A DNA stretch of 64,000 nucleotides from Octopus sinensis (lineage: Eukaryota), in assembly GCF_006345805.1 (NCBI RefSeq), contig NC_043004.1, forward strand, positions 80,476,001 to 80,540,000, written 5' to 3'. The notes under the pieces were generated by a model. It ran no database searches. It saw nothing but the letters and a program-made list of their open reading frames with translations, and was not told the origin of the DNA. Shown one piece after another: positions 26,325 to 37,051 of the stretch. Position numbers and translations under genes: made by a program. Position 1 is the first letter of the stretch. Every line of letters begins with the position of its first letter.

Positions 26325-26367
<43 letters not shown>

Positions 26368-26444
26368 TCCTTCTCTGCGATCTTCGAAAAATATTACGAT
26401 TCATTTTTATTTATCTGTGCTTTTTTTTCTTCTTTATATTTCAG

Positions 26445-26615
26445 AAACTGAACTCTCCGTATGTTTTAACGGTCTGGAACCAGGTAGAACCTGTTGCTCT
26501 GGAGCAATGGAGGAAATGTATATGAAATTATCTGAAGGAATGTTCACAGATCATTTGGAAAAGGCTAATTATCAGCTTACACAGCTTATAAAGAACGGCA
26601 TAGAAAATTTTGAAA
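26445..26615 (+). CDS. GPC3/5-like: Internal coding exon of a glypican (GPC3/GPC5/dally-like; equivalent of vertebrate GPC3/5 exon 2)
   Basis: Pyrimidine-rich acceptor (ttttttttcttctttatatttcag) and gtaagt donor; 171 nt, phase 1 at both ends. Translation (E)TELSVCFNGLEPGRTCCSGAMEEMYMKLSEGMFTDHLEKANYQLTQLIKNGIENFE matches the glypican L-x-[VI]-C...T-C-C-x3-MEE motif. Tyr after MEE-x and the exon phasing resemble GPC3/5/dally rather than GPC1/4/6. Family assignment is from recalled motifs, not a database search. Confidence 0.85.
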
Positions 26616-27930
26616 GTAAGTTGCATTTTTTTCCTTGAGCTTGTTTTCTCTTGGTAGTTGCTGTGGCGAAAGAAGTAGTGTGGAAGACGAGAGTAAAAGG
26701 AATTGCAACAGGCATGTTCATCTCCAGTCTCGAGCTAATCGACTTTTTCGTTTTCCACATGAAACGGAAAATAAGGCTGGAGAAGAAATGCCTGTCGCAA
26801 AGTGTGTTTCGTAAAAGATGGAAGTCTATAGCAAGTATGTTGCGAGGGAAAGAACCTGTTTAATCGAGAATGTAAAAAAGGATAAAGCAATGTCTTCAGT
26901 GTGAGGATGTGGTTTGTGGGGTCGACCGCGTCCTCCGCTTCATTTTTTGTTAATCACTCATTCTCATTTAATTGTATATATTTTAATTGTTTGTTTATTC
27001 ATACGTTTCGTCTCATTCGATACCCTGACCCCAATGTTTGTTTTGTCTGTCCTCGTATCGTCCCCTCTTTTTCTCAACCTTATGGTGAATACAGAAATAC
27101 TCTCTCTCTCTCTCTGTCTCTCTCTCTCTCTGTTGTTGTCTGTCTTTCTATGTCTCTCTTTTTCTATCTTGTCTCTCTCCTTCCATCTCTTTTTATATAC
27201 CTGTCTCCCTGTCTGTCTCTCTATATATCTTTCTCTTTCTGCCTGTCTACTTGTCTGTTTCTCTCTCTCTCTCACTCTCTTGTTTCTCTCTATTTATCTC
27301 CCTGTCCTTTTCTATCTCTGTCTATTTCTCTCTTTCTGTGTCTGTCTGTCTCTCCATATGAACCATCGAGTATGTATGTATGTATGTTGTATGTATGTAT
27401 GTATGTATGTATGTATGTATGTATGTATGTATGTATGCATGCATGTATGTATGTATGTATGTATGTGTATGTATGTATGTATGTATGTATGTATGTATGT
27501 ATGTGTGTGTGTGTGTATGAATGTCTATCTGTCCATATCTTCCTTGTGACCTTTGATCTTTGCTGCTATTCTGCAATGATGGAATTGTATCGCCATCATT
27601 TGAACCACCATCCCATCGTTGAGGATGTGATACATCGTTAAATGTTAACTATACACACACACACACGTAACACCATATATATAATATATATACATATGTG
27701 TGTGTATATATATATATATACATAAACGTTCAACACAACTTTGAAATTCTACCTTTCACATCAAATACACATGATTATATATCATCACAGCTCTTAATAT
27801 AATTCGCCCAGTTATTTCCATAATGGGGCATTTTGCGTCACTTTGTATTTGCTTTTTATTCTTTTCACGTTTTTAGCTTTGTTTTTTTTATTATCTTGTT
27901 TGTTTTCTTTACTCATATTTATTTATTTGT

Positions 27931-27991
<61 letters not shown>

Positions 27992-28652
27992 ATCATATAT
28001 ATAAGTATGTATTCTTTTTATTCTTCTACATGAGTCAGTCATTTGACTGCGGCCATGCTGGAGCACAGCCTTTAGTCGAGCAAATCGTCCCCAGGATTTA
28101 TTCTTTGTAAGCCTAGTACTTACTCTATCGGGGACGTAAACACTCCAGCATCGGTTGTCAAGCGATGTTGGGGGAACAAACATAGACACATACATATATC
28201 TATCTATCTATATATATATATATATATAATATATATATACGTCGGGCTTCTTTCAGTTTCCGCCTACCAAATCCATTCACAAGGCTTTGGTCGGCCTAAG
28301 GCTATAGTAGAAGACACTCAACCCGGAACCATGTGGTTGGTAAGCAAGCTACTTACCACACAGCCATGCCTGCGCCTATGGTTGGGCCATCGGCGAGTCA
28401 ACAGGCAACATCACCGAGTTTTCTTTATGGCCTGGTGCCAGACTTTTGGTGCCTGGAGGTGCTTCAGAATATTCTGGGTCGACACTAATTTCTGATAATG
28501 CTAAAGTGGAGTTTCTAAATGAGTGAGAGGGTAGTGCCGTCCAGAGCAGCCCTTTAGTGATGGGCATGGCTACTAGGCGAGTAGAGTGGTTTTTGGACAC
28601 TGTGCGGGATAATAAACAGGATTAGTCAAAGGGTGGATGAACTGAGAAGAGG

Positions 28653-29057
28653 GATCTTTTCGGTTTGAACGGCAGTTTTTTCTAGCAGTGTCATATGAAA
28701 TTGTCACCCATAATTATGACCCTAGTATCGATCTATTGCATTTTAATCTGTTTTAGGGTTAGAGTTAGAGTTAGATAGGTTCGGGTTAGAGTTAGGGGTG
28801 GGGGGAAGGGTATTTTTTTTCTTCAGAAATGTAAATAAACCCAATCTGTTACTTAAACGAGGGACATATTCATACGGCACAAAATGTTTTCACCTCAATA
28901 GACGTCATTAATTGGTTGAAATTGCAGAAATTGAAGAAAAATATAAGGCCAAGTGAAAAAGATGTTTTATAAACACATTCTACCAGTACACGAAGTTAAA
29001 AGTGTTTAGTTACGTGGAAATTATTTTTAAAAAACCGCCGTTCAAACCGAAAAGACC
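28653..29057. mobile_element. MITE-like element with ~29-bp terminal inverted repeats and internal degenerate TTAGGG/TTAGAG repeats
   Basis: gatcttttcggtttgaacggcagtttttt / aaaaaaccgccgttcaaaccgaaaagacc; ttagggttagagttagagttag at ~28753-28795. No TSD evident. Confidence 0.7.
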
Positions 29058-29837
29058 GAACCCACTATACACACGCACACATGTTATTTGCTCGAACAAT
29101 AAACATTTTCGACGTTGAAAAGGCGCGAAAAACAACAATAAACTAATAGATATTCTAATAAGTAACCGGAAGAGAACGATGATATATCGTGTGAATGATA
29201 TTAACATGTTATATTTAATAACAGGAAGACAAGTAGACTTAGTTTAAAAAATCACGAGTTTTAAAACTCCGTAGACATTAGTTTCCCCCCTATTTTTGAC
29301 TATGAACAGCTTTTGGTGGTGTTTTGTCTGTTCGTCGGAGATGGGGGCTGACAACGTGGCTACAAGAATTTTGCTGCATAATAAACAAACAGATGATGCT
29401 TTCGTCCTTTGACGAACAAAAACAACAACAGCAGAAAAAATTATGCATTATCTCAATAGTTTCATTGAACTTATCTAACTTCCTTGATGAGAAAAAAAAA
29501 AGGGGGGGGAAATTAAACATTTGGAGTATAAGGTTAGTGTGTTATAAAATGTACGTAATTGTTGTTATTTTTGTTAGAATCGCGAATAAGGGCAATAGCA
29601 TTTATAGTGTTAATAAATTCTGTGATAATTTAACAAACGATGAAGAGAAAGAGAGATAGAGTGTATTATGTGTGTGTGTGTAAGGATGCGCCTGATGCAG
29701 CCGTCCGATTTGTTAGAAAGAACAACTAAATTGGTGTCTCTGAAGAAAAGGGCGATGCTTCGGTATATAAAGTTAATCCAAACAAGAAAACAAAAACAAA
29801 AAAAAACAACGCAAGGACGTGGAACAAATAAAGTATT

Positions 29838-29872
29838 ATTTGACGTTTCGAGCGGAGCCCTTCGTCGGAAAC
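29838..29872 (-). ncRNA. Hammerhead relative of the 14-15 kb motif with a core substitution (CCGACGA)
   Basis: Minus strand GUUU CCGACGA A GGGC UCC GCUC GAA ACGU C AAAU. The flanks (ggacgtggaaca...aaagtatt) resemble the trimer unit. Confidence 0.6.
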
Positions 29873-32800
29873 ATAGGAGAAGGAAAGATCCCGAGAAGGG
29901 AAGACAGGGGGGGGAAATCGCTAGTGATACAGACGAGGTCACTTGGTTTACATTTCTGAAGATAACAGAAACCCTTTTCTCCCACCCCTAACCCCCCCAT
30001 ATATATAAAAAAAAACACTTTTTTGAAATGTATCCGGTACTTACACCGGTACATATACCGAAGTTACGCCAAGATAAGAGTCGTAGCTTATGTTGTACAA
30101 CAGGAACTGTAATTTCTTTGGATGTACATGTTTTTAGCCCTTAGCAATCCTTCGATATTTGTAGATGACGTCATTCCACCAACACAACATTCCCTTATGA
30201 CATAGATAAAGAGGTTAGGCCGATGATATCGTAGCCTCACCGTCGCTCTGTAGACCAATAAAGAAGGAATGCCCAGCCCTTTGCTTGGCCACAGCATTTT
30301 CATAAGTTTGCCCTTAACATCGATGTTTGTTTTCAGTCTTTTAGCTAACCCCGTCGCTGGTTACTCTGGTGGGTGGGAAAAATTGGTAATGTGTATCGTA
30401 TATGATGCACAGAGGCCATGAAAATATGTCCTGCGTCTGGCATGTGATTCACAAGACAGGCAAAAGGTTTTAAATCTTGCACGTTACGATTCTGCAATAG
30501 GGACGCCTCTCTATGTAGTCTTTCGATCTGCTTGAAATAGCAGCCAAATCTCGGCATTCCTGAACAACAGAGTTAGAAATTATTTTTATTTTCCCGGCCT
30601 TTTTCGACATAGAAATGTTTAGTTTAATATAAAACAGTGAGGGTGGGGGCTGGAGTTCGAATTCAGTTGACGCTTATTACTATTATTTTTCTTCTTTCAC
30701 CATCTATTGAGTAATTAAATGAATCCCTTTTGATTTTAATTAAAAAGATATTTTACACCAAAAGCCAACATGAGAGTTTCTCTCGTGATATTCACCACAG
30801 TATAGTTTGTTCTAACAGAACACCCATGTTTAAGTGGGGATAATTATTACCTTTTGATATTAATACTGCTTCTGCTGTTAACATATATTTTTCATACTAT
30901 GGTTTGCTTGTTGTGGTTTTTCTTTTTTCTTCTGTAGCTCTTATTCTTTCCATGAAACGCTAAAAGCTGAATTTCTTTGAATATATTTTTAAGTATCATA
31001 CATTACAATTCTGCTGGGTCAGGATTTTGTGGTCGATTCTTCCTTCTTTCGGTAATTTTTCAGATTACAGTTTCTTGTTTCTGTTTTTTTAATTTTTTTA
31101 TCGAGTTTTCTTTCCACCCAGCTTCGTTTTGAAAACTTACGCATAGCCCCAGCCTCTGGCAGAAACCAGTAAAAGAATAAAAGAATGTCTTTTGAAGAAT
31201 CATAATTTCAGCTATTCAAAAGCATAAATCTAAGAATTTTTAAATTTTCAAAAGAAAGTCAAAAGTGAGAAATTACGGGGAAATGAACGGCTGTTTCCCA
31301 CCACCACCACCATCACCGCCGCCGTTTTTATTTATATTTGAAGAATCGTAATCTGTGATGCTTCAAACAATTACATATTCGAAGACATTACGGCATTCAG
31401 CACTCTAGAGAATTTCCGACTCTCTTCTTTAGGAACGTTGCCAACTCTCTCAACAATCGCGCAAACGATTCTTTTTGTTTTACGGAGCAATTATTTTTAT
31501 AGTTCAATGCCTTTGCTACTGGTAACTATTCAACCGTGAAGTAGAAGTGAAAACCTCCTTTTATTTTCTGAAACAAATTGGGCTTTAGGTCTTGTTCAAG
31601 AAACAATGTATTTGGCTGCAGTTAAAAGAATCTGAACTCCTGACCGATGTAATAAGGTTAGAATGCAGTTAACCGCCGAATTGTTTTTAAAAACAACCAC
31701 AAAAGTAAATGGCGATAGAAACCGGAAGTAACGACAGTAACATCCCATAATTTCACGTAACCACAATAAAACGTACGTATATATATACAATAAAACGTAC
31801 ATATATTTAAAATAACATGAAAACTATATATTTTATAAGTGATAAAAACAATCACATTTACAGGAAAAGTCATTGATGCACGAACAGTTTTTTCTCGATC
31901 TTTAAATGTTTCACCACAAAAACTCATGAAGATATGATATAAATAAATAATCTTTAGTCCCACATTACCTATTTCTTTACTACCCACAAGGGGCTAAATA
32001 CAGAGGGAACAAACAAGGACAGACAAACGGATTAGTCCAACAGTCGTCACCTCAGGTTTCTATCGCAATTTACATTAATTTTTTTCTTCGTTTTTTTTAG
32101 AACAATTTACTATCAATTATTTTTTCCACAATGGCGAACTGCATCTTAACGTAATATACCGTGTAGCGCCTTTTAACTAGCCTTAGCGGCCATTTTATTT
32201 AATTATATTCCTTCGATGTTTCGACCAAAGATTGGTCCAGGCCATGTCTAACTTAATAGCACCACCTGATAGGATTATCTAAATCCTGTTTAAGTCAAGT
32301 TTTGTTTATGGTCCATTCAAGTAGTGAGTTCTTGTTGAATGTAGATTTACATTTTGAGGATTAACTGGTTTAACCCCACCATCTTTACTCTTCCCTTCAA
32401 CCAACATGATCCAGCAGACAGACTTACCTACCCGTGTTGCTTTTCAGCCATTATATACCCAGAAATACATTATCCAATGTGTTCCTCTTTGAGGTATCGT
32501 ATTTGATGGTATATAAAAATACATTCTCCCATCCTACAAAAAATGTCTCAAAATATCTTGGGTTAGTTAGCATTCCTATAAGCCAATTTCATCTCTGACG
32601 CTCATTACTACGCAATAATTTTTATTCCAGACGGTTCCTTTAGCCTTAACCTGACTCCAGTCTTTAACTTGTTTCAGTCATTAGACTGTGGCCATGCTGG
32701 GGCACCGCCTTGAAGAGCTTTTAGTCAAATAAATCAACCGCATGCCTTTCTTTTTAAGCCTGGTATTTGATTTGTTCCTTTTGCCGAACCGCTAATTTGA

Positions 32801-33952
32801 GCGGTGGTGTGACACGCACACGCACACACACATGTTGGGCGTGTTTCAGTTTTCGTCTGCCAAATCCACTCACAAAGCTTTGGTCGATCCGATACTATAG
32901 CAGAAGTCACTTGCTCAAGGTTCCGCGCAGTGGGACAGAACCTGAAGCCATGCGGTTGGGAAGCAAACTGCTTTCACCACACAGCCACACATGCGTCTAT
33001 ATTCACTAAAATATTATTATTTGCACTGCAATACTTTGCAATGTCCTACCAGATTGTTTTAAATATTACATACTTTAATGCACGAAAAACGTTTTCCCCT
33101 AAATATTTGCCGCTGAGAAATGGGGTGCATCGAATACCTGTGTATATTTTAAGCTATGAAATTCAGTACATTTGGCTGCTATTTCTAACGGGGCTTGCGA
33201 CCAATCCCGTATAAGCACGTTCGTTATCTCAGAATTTATCATTATTAATTCTATTGTTGGTCCATTCTAGTAGATCTTGTCTTTAGCCAAAACAGAAGTG
33301 TAGCGGCGGCGGCAGCAGCAGCAACAGTAGTAGTTGTAGCAGTAGTAGTAGTGACCTGCAGCCATTCCCATTGTGATGGCTAAAGCTGGAGCATTTGACG
33401 AGTTATCAAAGTAATCTCCGCCTATTCATTTAATTAACTTTTAGAGACGATAGACTTAAGTTGGTCCTGGCAAGAAGCCAACCTACAAACGGCAAAGCCA
33501 GCAGCCTACTTGTCTATTTATCCGACTGTTTTGTCCTGTCTGTATTTTAAACGATGTTATTTGGTCCCAACCGTTTTGGTCAGTTTACTGTCTGTCCTCA
33601 CCTCTCATTTCTTTTTTTGGGTGGGTGGGGAGACAATTCATTAAATAAGAAGATAGGGGGCTGATTGTCTTAAAGATAAATCTTGATTTGACAGTATCGT
33701 TATAGCGTAATCATAGCTGTCGTTTTAACGTCCATGCCGGCATGAGTCAGTTATAATTCACTGAGGCAGGTTTTCTACGGCACTGTGCCTTTCCTCTCGC
33801 CAACACTCGTCTGTTTCCCAGTATGGTAATATTTCCTCTTTGGCCAGACATGCTTTTCATGGAAGATTGGAAACGAACAATGTCGCTTACGAACAGTCAC
33901 GTGATGTCAAGACAAGACAAGGGCATATCCACACACTCATGTACCCTAATCC

Positions 33953-33983
<31 letters not shown>

Positions 33984-33988
<5 letters not shown>

Positions 33989-34056
33989 TAATAAATAAAA
34001 TATATACATACATACATACATATATGTACGTACTTACATCTACATGTATATATACA

Positions 34057-34104
<48 letters not shown>

Positions 34105-34508
34105 ATATATATACGTGAGTACAGGACACCACAAATAGACGTAGAACTCAACGAGAAACGAAAACGTAAAAACAAACATGGAAACGGACCTTTTTTTCTT
34201 TCGCAGGAAGGGCTAGTTCGACAAGTCGTGTTCTATCCTCACCTTCGAAACACGCTGGAGTTGAACTAGGGATAGCTGATGAAGGGGAATTTTCCTTGTG
34301 TAGTTTGTCTTGTACTCTGTTTTTTCGTTGTTAAAAAAGGTCTGTTTCCATGTTTGTTTTTACGTTTTCGTTTCTCGTTGAGTTCTACGTCTAGTTGTGG
34401 TGTCCTGTACTCACGTATATATATTTATATATGCATGTATATATACATGTAGATGTAGGTACGTACATATATGTTTGTATGTATGCATATATTTTATTTA
34501 TTACACTA
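33984..34508. repeat. Long foldback (inverted repeat), arms 33984-34196 and 34333-34508, 136-bp spacer
   Basis: The arm acgtgagtacaggacaccac...ggaaacggacctttttt is mirrored by aaaaaaggtctgtttcc...gtggtgtcctgtactcacgt. Pairing extends to tagtgtaataaataaaa / ttttatttattacacta. Confidence 0.95.
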
Positions 34509-34567
34509 TTGTATGACTGAGCGCCCTCGCGTCGATTCGCTTCGTTTCGTTTCCTCCAAGTAAGTTT

Positions 34568-34625
<58 letters not shown>

Positions 34626-36443
34626 CCGAAGATCCTGGACACCTACAAGTAAATCCCAGAGAGACAAGAGAGTGACTCGACCAAAATGAAATACCATTAA
34701 GCTCTACCAAGGTATTGAGTACACTTTTTTCTGACAGCTAATACTAAGAGTGTGTGTGTGTGTGTCCATACAAACATAGAAAGAACAGACGGGCTTCTTT
34801 CAATTTCCGTTTACCCAATTCACACCCAAAGCTTTGGTCGGTTTGGGGCTTTAGTAAAAGACACTAGTTTATTGAGCACATGGTTTGGAAACAAGCTTCT
34901 TAACCACACAGCCAAAGAAAGCGGAAGAAAATAAACACGAAAACAATGAACTTGAGTGGCCAACCAAGAGATAGTCCTTTAAGTCCCATAACGTGCACAC
35001 TTTCCTATTTCTCTTTCTATCTATTTATCTATCTATATCACGATGTGTTCTTTTTTTTTTGTACTAATCGTGCCTGAATTCACGTGAATAAACTATGGAC
35101 CCTGTTCTGTCCGATCTAGTCCGGCCTACACTAGTCCACGGCAACATCGTCATGATACTCGTGCGTGTGTCACACAGAGAAGCTTTTTCAAAGTTATAAA
35201 ATGACTTGGCAGGATGTATGTCTATGTAACACAACATTCAACATGTCCGCCCATCTTTAACTCCCCCCCCACATACACACACGCTCTCTCTCTCTCTCTT
35301 TTCCACTCCCCTCTCCCTCCCTTTCTCTATCTCTATCTCTCCATATCTCTCTTGTGCTCTCTGCCTGACTGGTCGGGTGATTGATGAGAGGGGGAAATAG
35401 CTTCGGCTGCACCGCTTCACTTGAAATGTGTCGATAGTCATTAGGATCAGCGAGAAAGGTAAAAACATATCAAATATCAGTCGGATATACGTGGCGGCGG
35501 CGGCGGCGGTGGTGGAGTCACGATGGTACGCTGATAATGTGAAGAGGGCCGTGGTGGTCACAGTGAAGGCTGTAAGTCACGGTAGTAGTGGTGGTGACGG
35601 TGGTGGTGGTGGTGACTTTCGACGGCGACAACAGCGTCAGGATAGTGAGAAACTGTGGTGGTAGTCATCACGGTGGGAGGGGTAGGCAGAGGTGATGGCA
35701 AGCTAGTGGAAGAGGGAGGGAAGCACAGTGTTGTGGGAGGAGGTTGAAGTGATGGCGATATCGATATTGTAATAAATGATATTTGATGGAGGAAGGATGT
35801 GGTGGTGGTGGTGTGGGGGGGATATAATTGGTGTTGGGCGTGTTTGATGTGTGTGAACCCCCTCAAGGGGTCACATTGGGTTATGTAGGATAATGGGTGG
35901 AAGGGGGAGGAGATATTTATGGGGGAATGGTGGGAATGGGTAGAGGAGTTTGTTGTTGGTTAGCCCCAAGTTAACCCTGATCGAGGTGGTAGTTGATTGA
36001 AGACATTCCTCTCGTGACCATCCTGTTTATTTCCATTGTGCTGTGAACCACACGGTTTTGAGCTCAATTTCACTGCACAACACCTTGGGCAAGTGTTTTT
36101 CTTACTATAGCCCCGGGCCGAGCAGTTCTTTGTGAGTTAATTTGGTAGAGAGAAACTGTCTGGAAGCCTATGCTGGCATGGGTTGGACGGTTCAACAGGA
36201 GCCGGCCAGGCTGGAGCCTGAAACAGACACAGAAATTTGGTGCAGCCTTCTGTCTGGCCAGCTCCTGTGAAACCATCCAACCCATGCCAGCATGGAAAGC
36301 AGACATTTAACGGTGATAGTGATGATGATGATCAATCACCATGGTGATGAGTCAAATCAAATAATCAAACATTAAAAATAACAAAACAAGTGGACATTCA
36401 CGTGTAGCATATTAGTTTCACACTTGGTAGGAAAAGAGGGTTT

Positions 36444-36475
36444 CTGATGTTTTGAGCATAGCTCTTTGTCAGAAA
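36444..36475 (-). pseudogene. Decayed hammerhead of the same family
   Basis: Minus strand UUU CUGACAA A GAGC UAU GCUC AAA ACAU C. Three core changes, each explicable as CpG>CpA. Confidence 0.5.
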
Positions 36476-36542
36476 AGAAACAGAAAAGTCCAGAAGAGGA
36501 AAAATATCACCAGCAGCATGTGTGTAGTTGCATAAGTGCTTA

Positions 36543-36736
36543 GCTAAAAATAAACCTCTGTATTTGGCTTTTGTTGACAGCTTTTGACAGGGTCCCTGTC
36601 TCTCTTATTTGGCGGGAAATACAGAAGCTAGGGATTGATGAGTGGTTAGTGAAAGCTTTGCAAGCCAGCCATGTACAGAGATGGTGTCTGTAAGGTCAAA
36701 ATTAGCAATGAGTTTAACAAGGAACTTGGTGTACAA
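36543..36736 (+). mobile_element. RTE-clade LINE reverse transcriptase remnant
   Basis: AKNKPLYLAFVD [deletion] AFDRVPVSLIWREIQKLGIDEWLVKALQA [frameshift] MYRDGVCKVKISNEFNKELGVQ. Matches the RTE RT motif LAFVDLEKAFDRVP...LGI.EWLV...Q.MY. Confidence 0.8.
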
Positions 36737-36759
36737 TAATATTATTATCATTATTATTT

Positions 36760-36861
36760 CACTGCCTGGAATTGAACTTGGAATCTTGGAGTTAGTAGCT
36801 CACACTCTTAACCACTAAGCCATATGCCCCAATATTCCAAGTTCGATTCCAGGCAGTGACT

Positions 36862-36904
<43 letters not shown>

Positions 36905-37051
36905 CAACAACATCGAAAAATATCTTAGGAATGTGAACACAGGTTTGAAATTTCCCCAGGACACCTGATGAAGGCTGGAGGATATATCAGCCGAAACGTT
37001 GTGTTAACAACAAACAAGATGAGGACAAATATCGTCAGGTGTAAATAATGT
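36760..37051 (+). mobile_element. Composite element: inverted tRNA-like head + partial sense head + (AAT)n + hammerhead-containing body
   Basis: Minus-strand tRNA-like segment 36760-36829; 25-bp inverted repeat 36760-36784/36834-36858 containing the B-box GTTCGATTCC; (AAT)n(AAC)n; body ending gtaaataatgt. The body is homologous to 61501-61660. Confidence 0.7.
36961..37004 (+). ncRNA. Minimal type I hammerhead ribozyme in a tRNA-head composite element
   Basis: ACAC CUGAUGA A GGCUG GAGGAUAUAU CAGCC GAA ACGU U GUGU: stem I ACAC/GUGU, 5-bp stem II, palindromic ACGU, GUU triplet. Confidence 0.8.

Noticed and set aside
26901-27641. 246-aa and 211-aa ORFs just after the glypican exon
   Set aside because: Composed of TC-rich and (TATG)n low-complexity sequence; no glypican cysteine pattern or plausible splice context.
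28750-28800. Telomere or chromosome-fusion scar
   Set aside because: Only a few degenerate units, located inside a TIR-bounded element.
32215-32245. Hammerhead-like GACCAA-UCU-UUGGUC-GAAACAUC on the minus strand
   Set aside because: The CUGANGA core is missing four nucleotides and no stem I forms; possibly an ancient remnant but not supportable.
34283-34312. CUGAUGA-A-GGGGAA-UU-UUCC in the foldback spacer as a hammerhead
   Set aside because: No GAAA or NUH follows; incomplete.
35238-35866. Overlapping T/A/G-rich ORFs
   Set aside because: GGT/GGC/GA low-complexity repeats; no recognisable domain.
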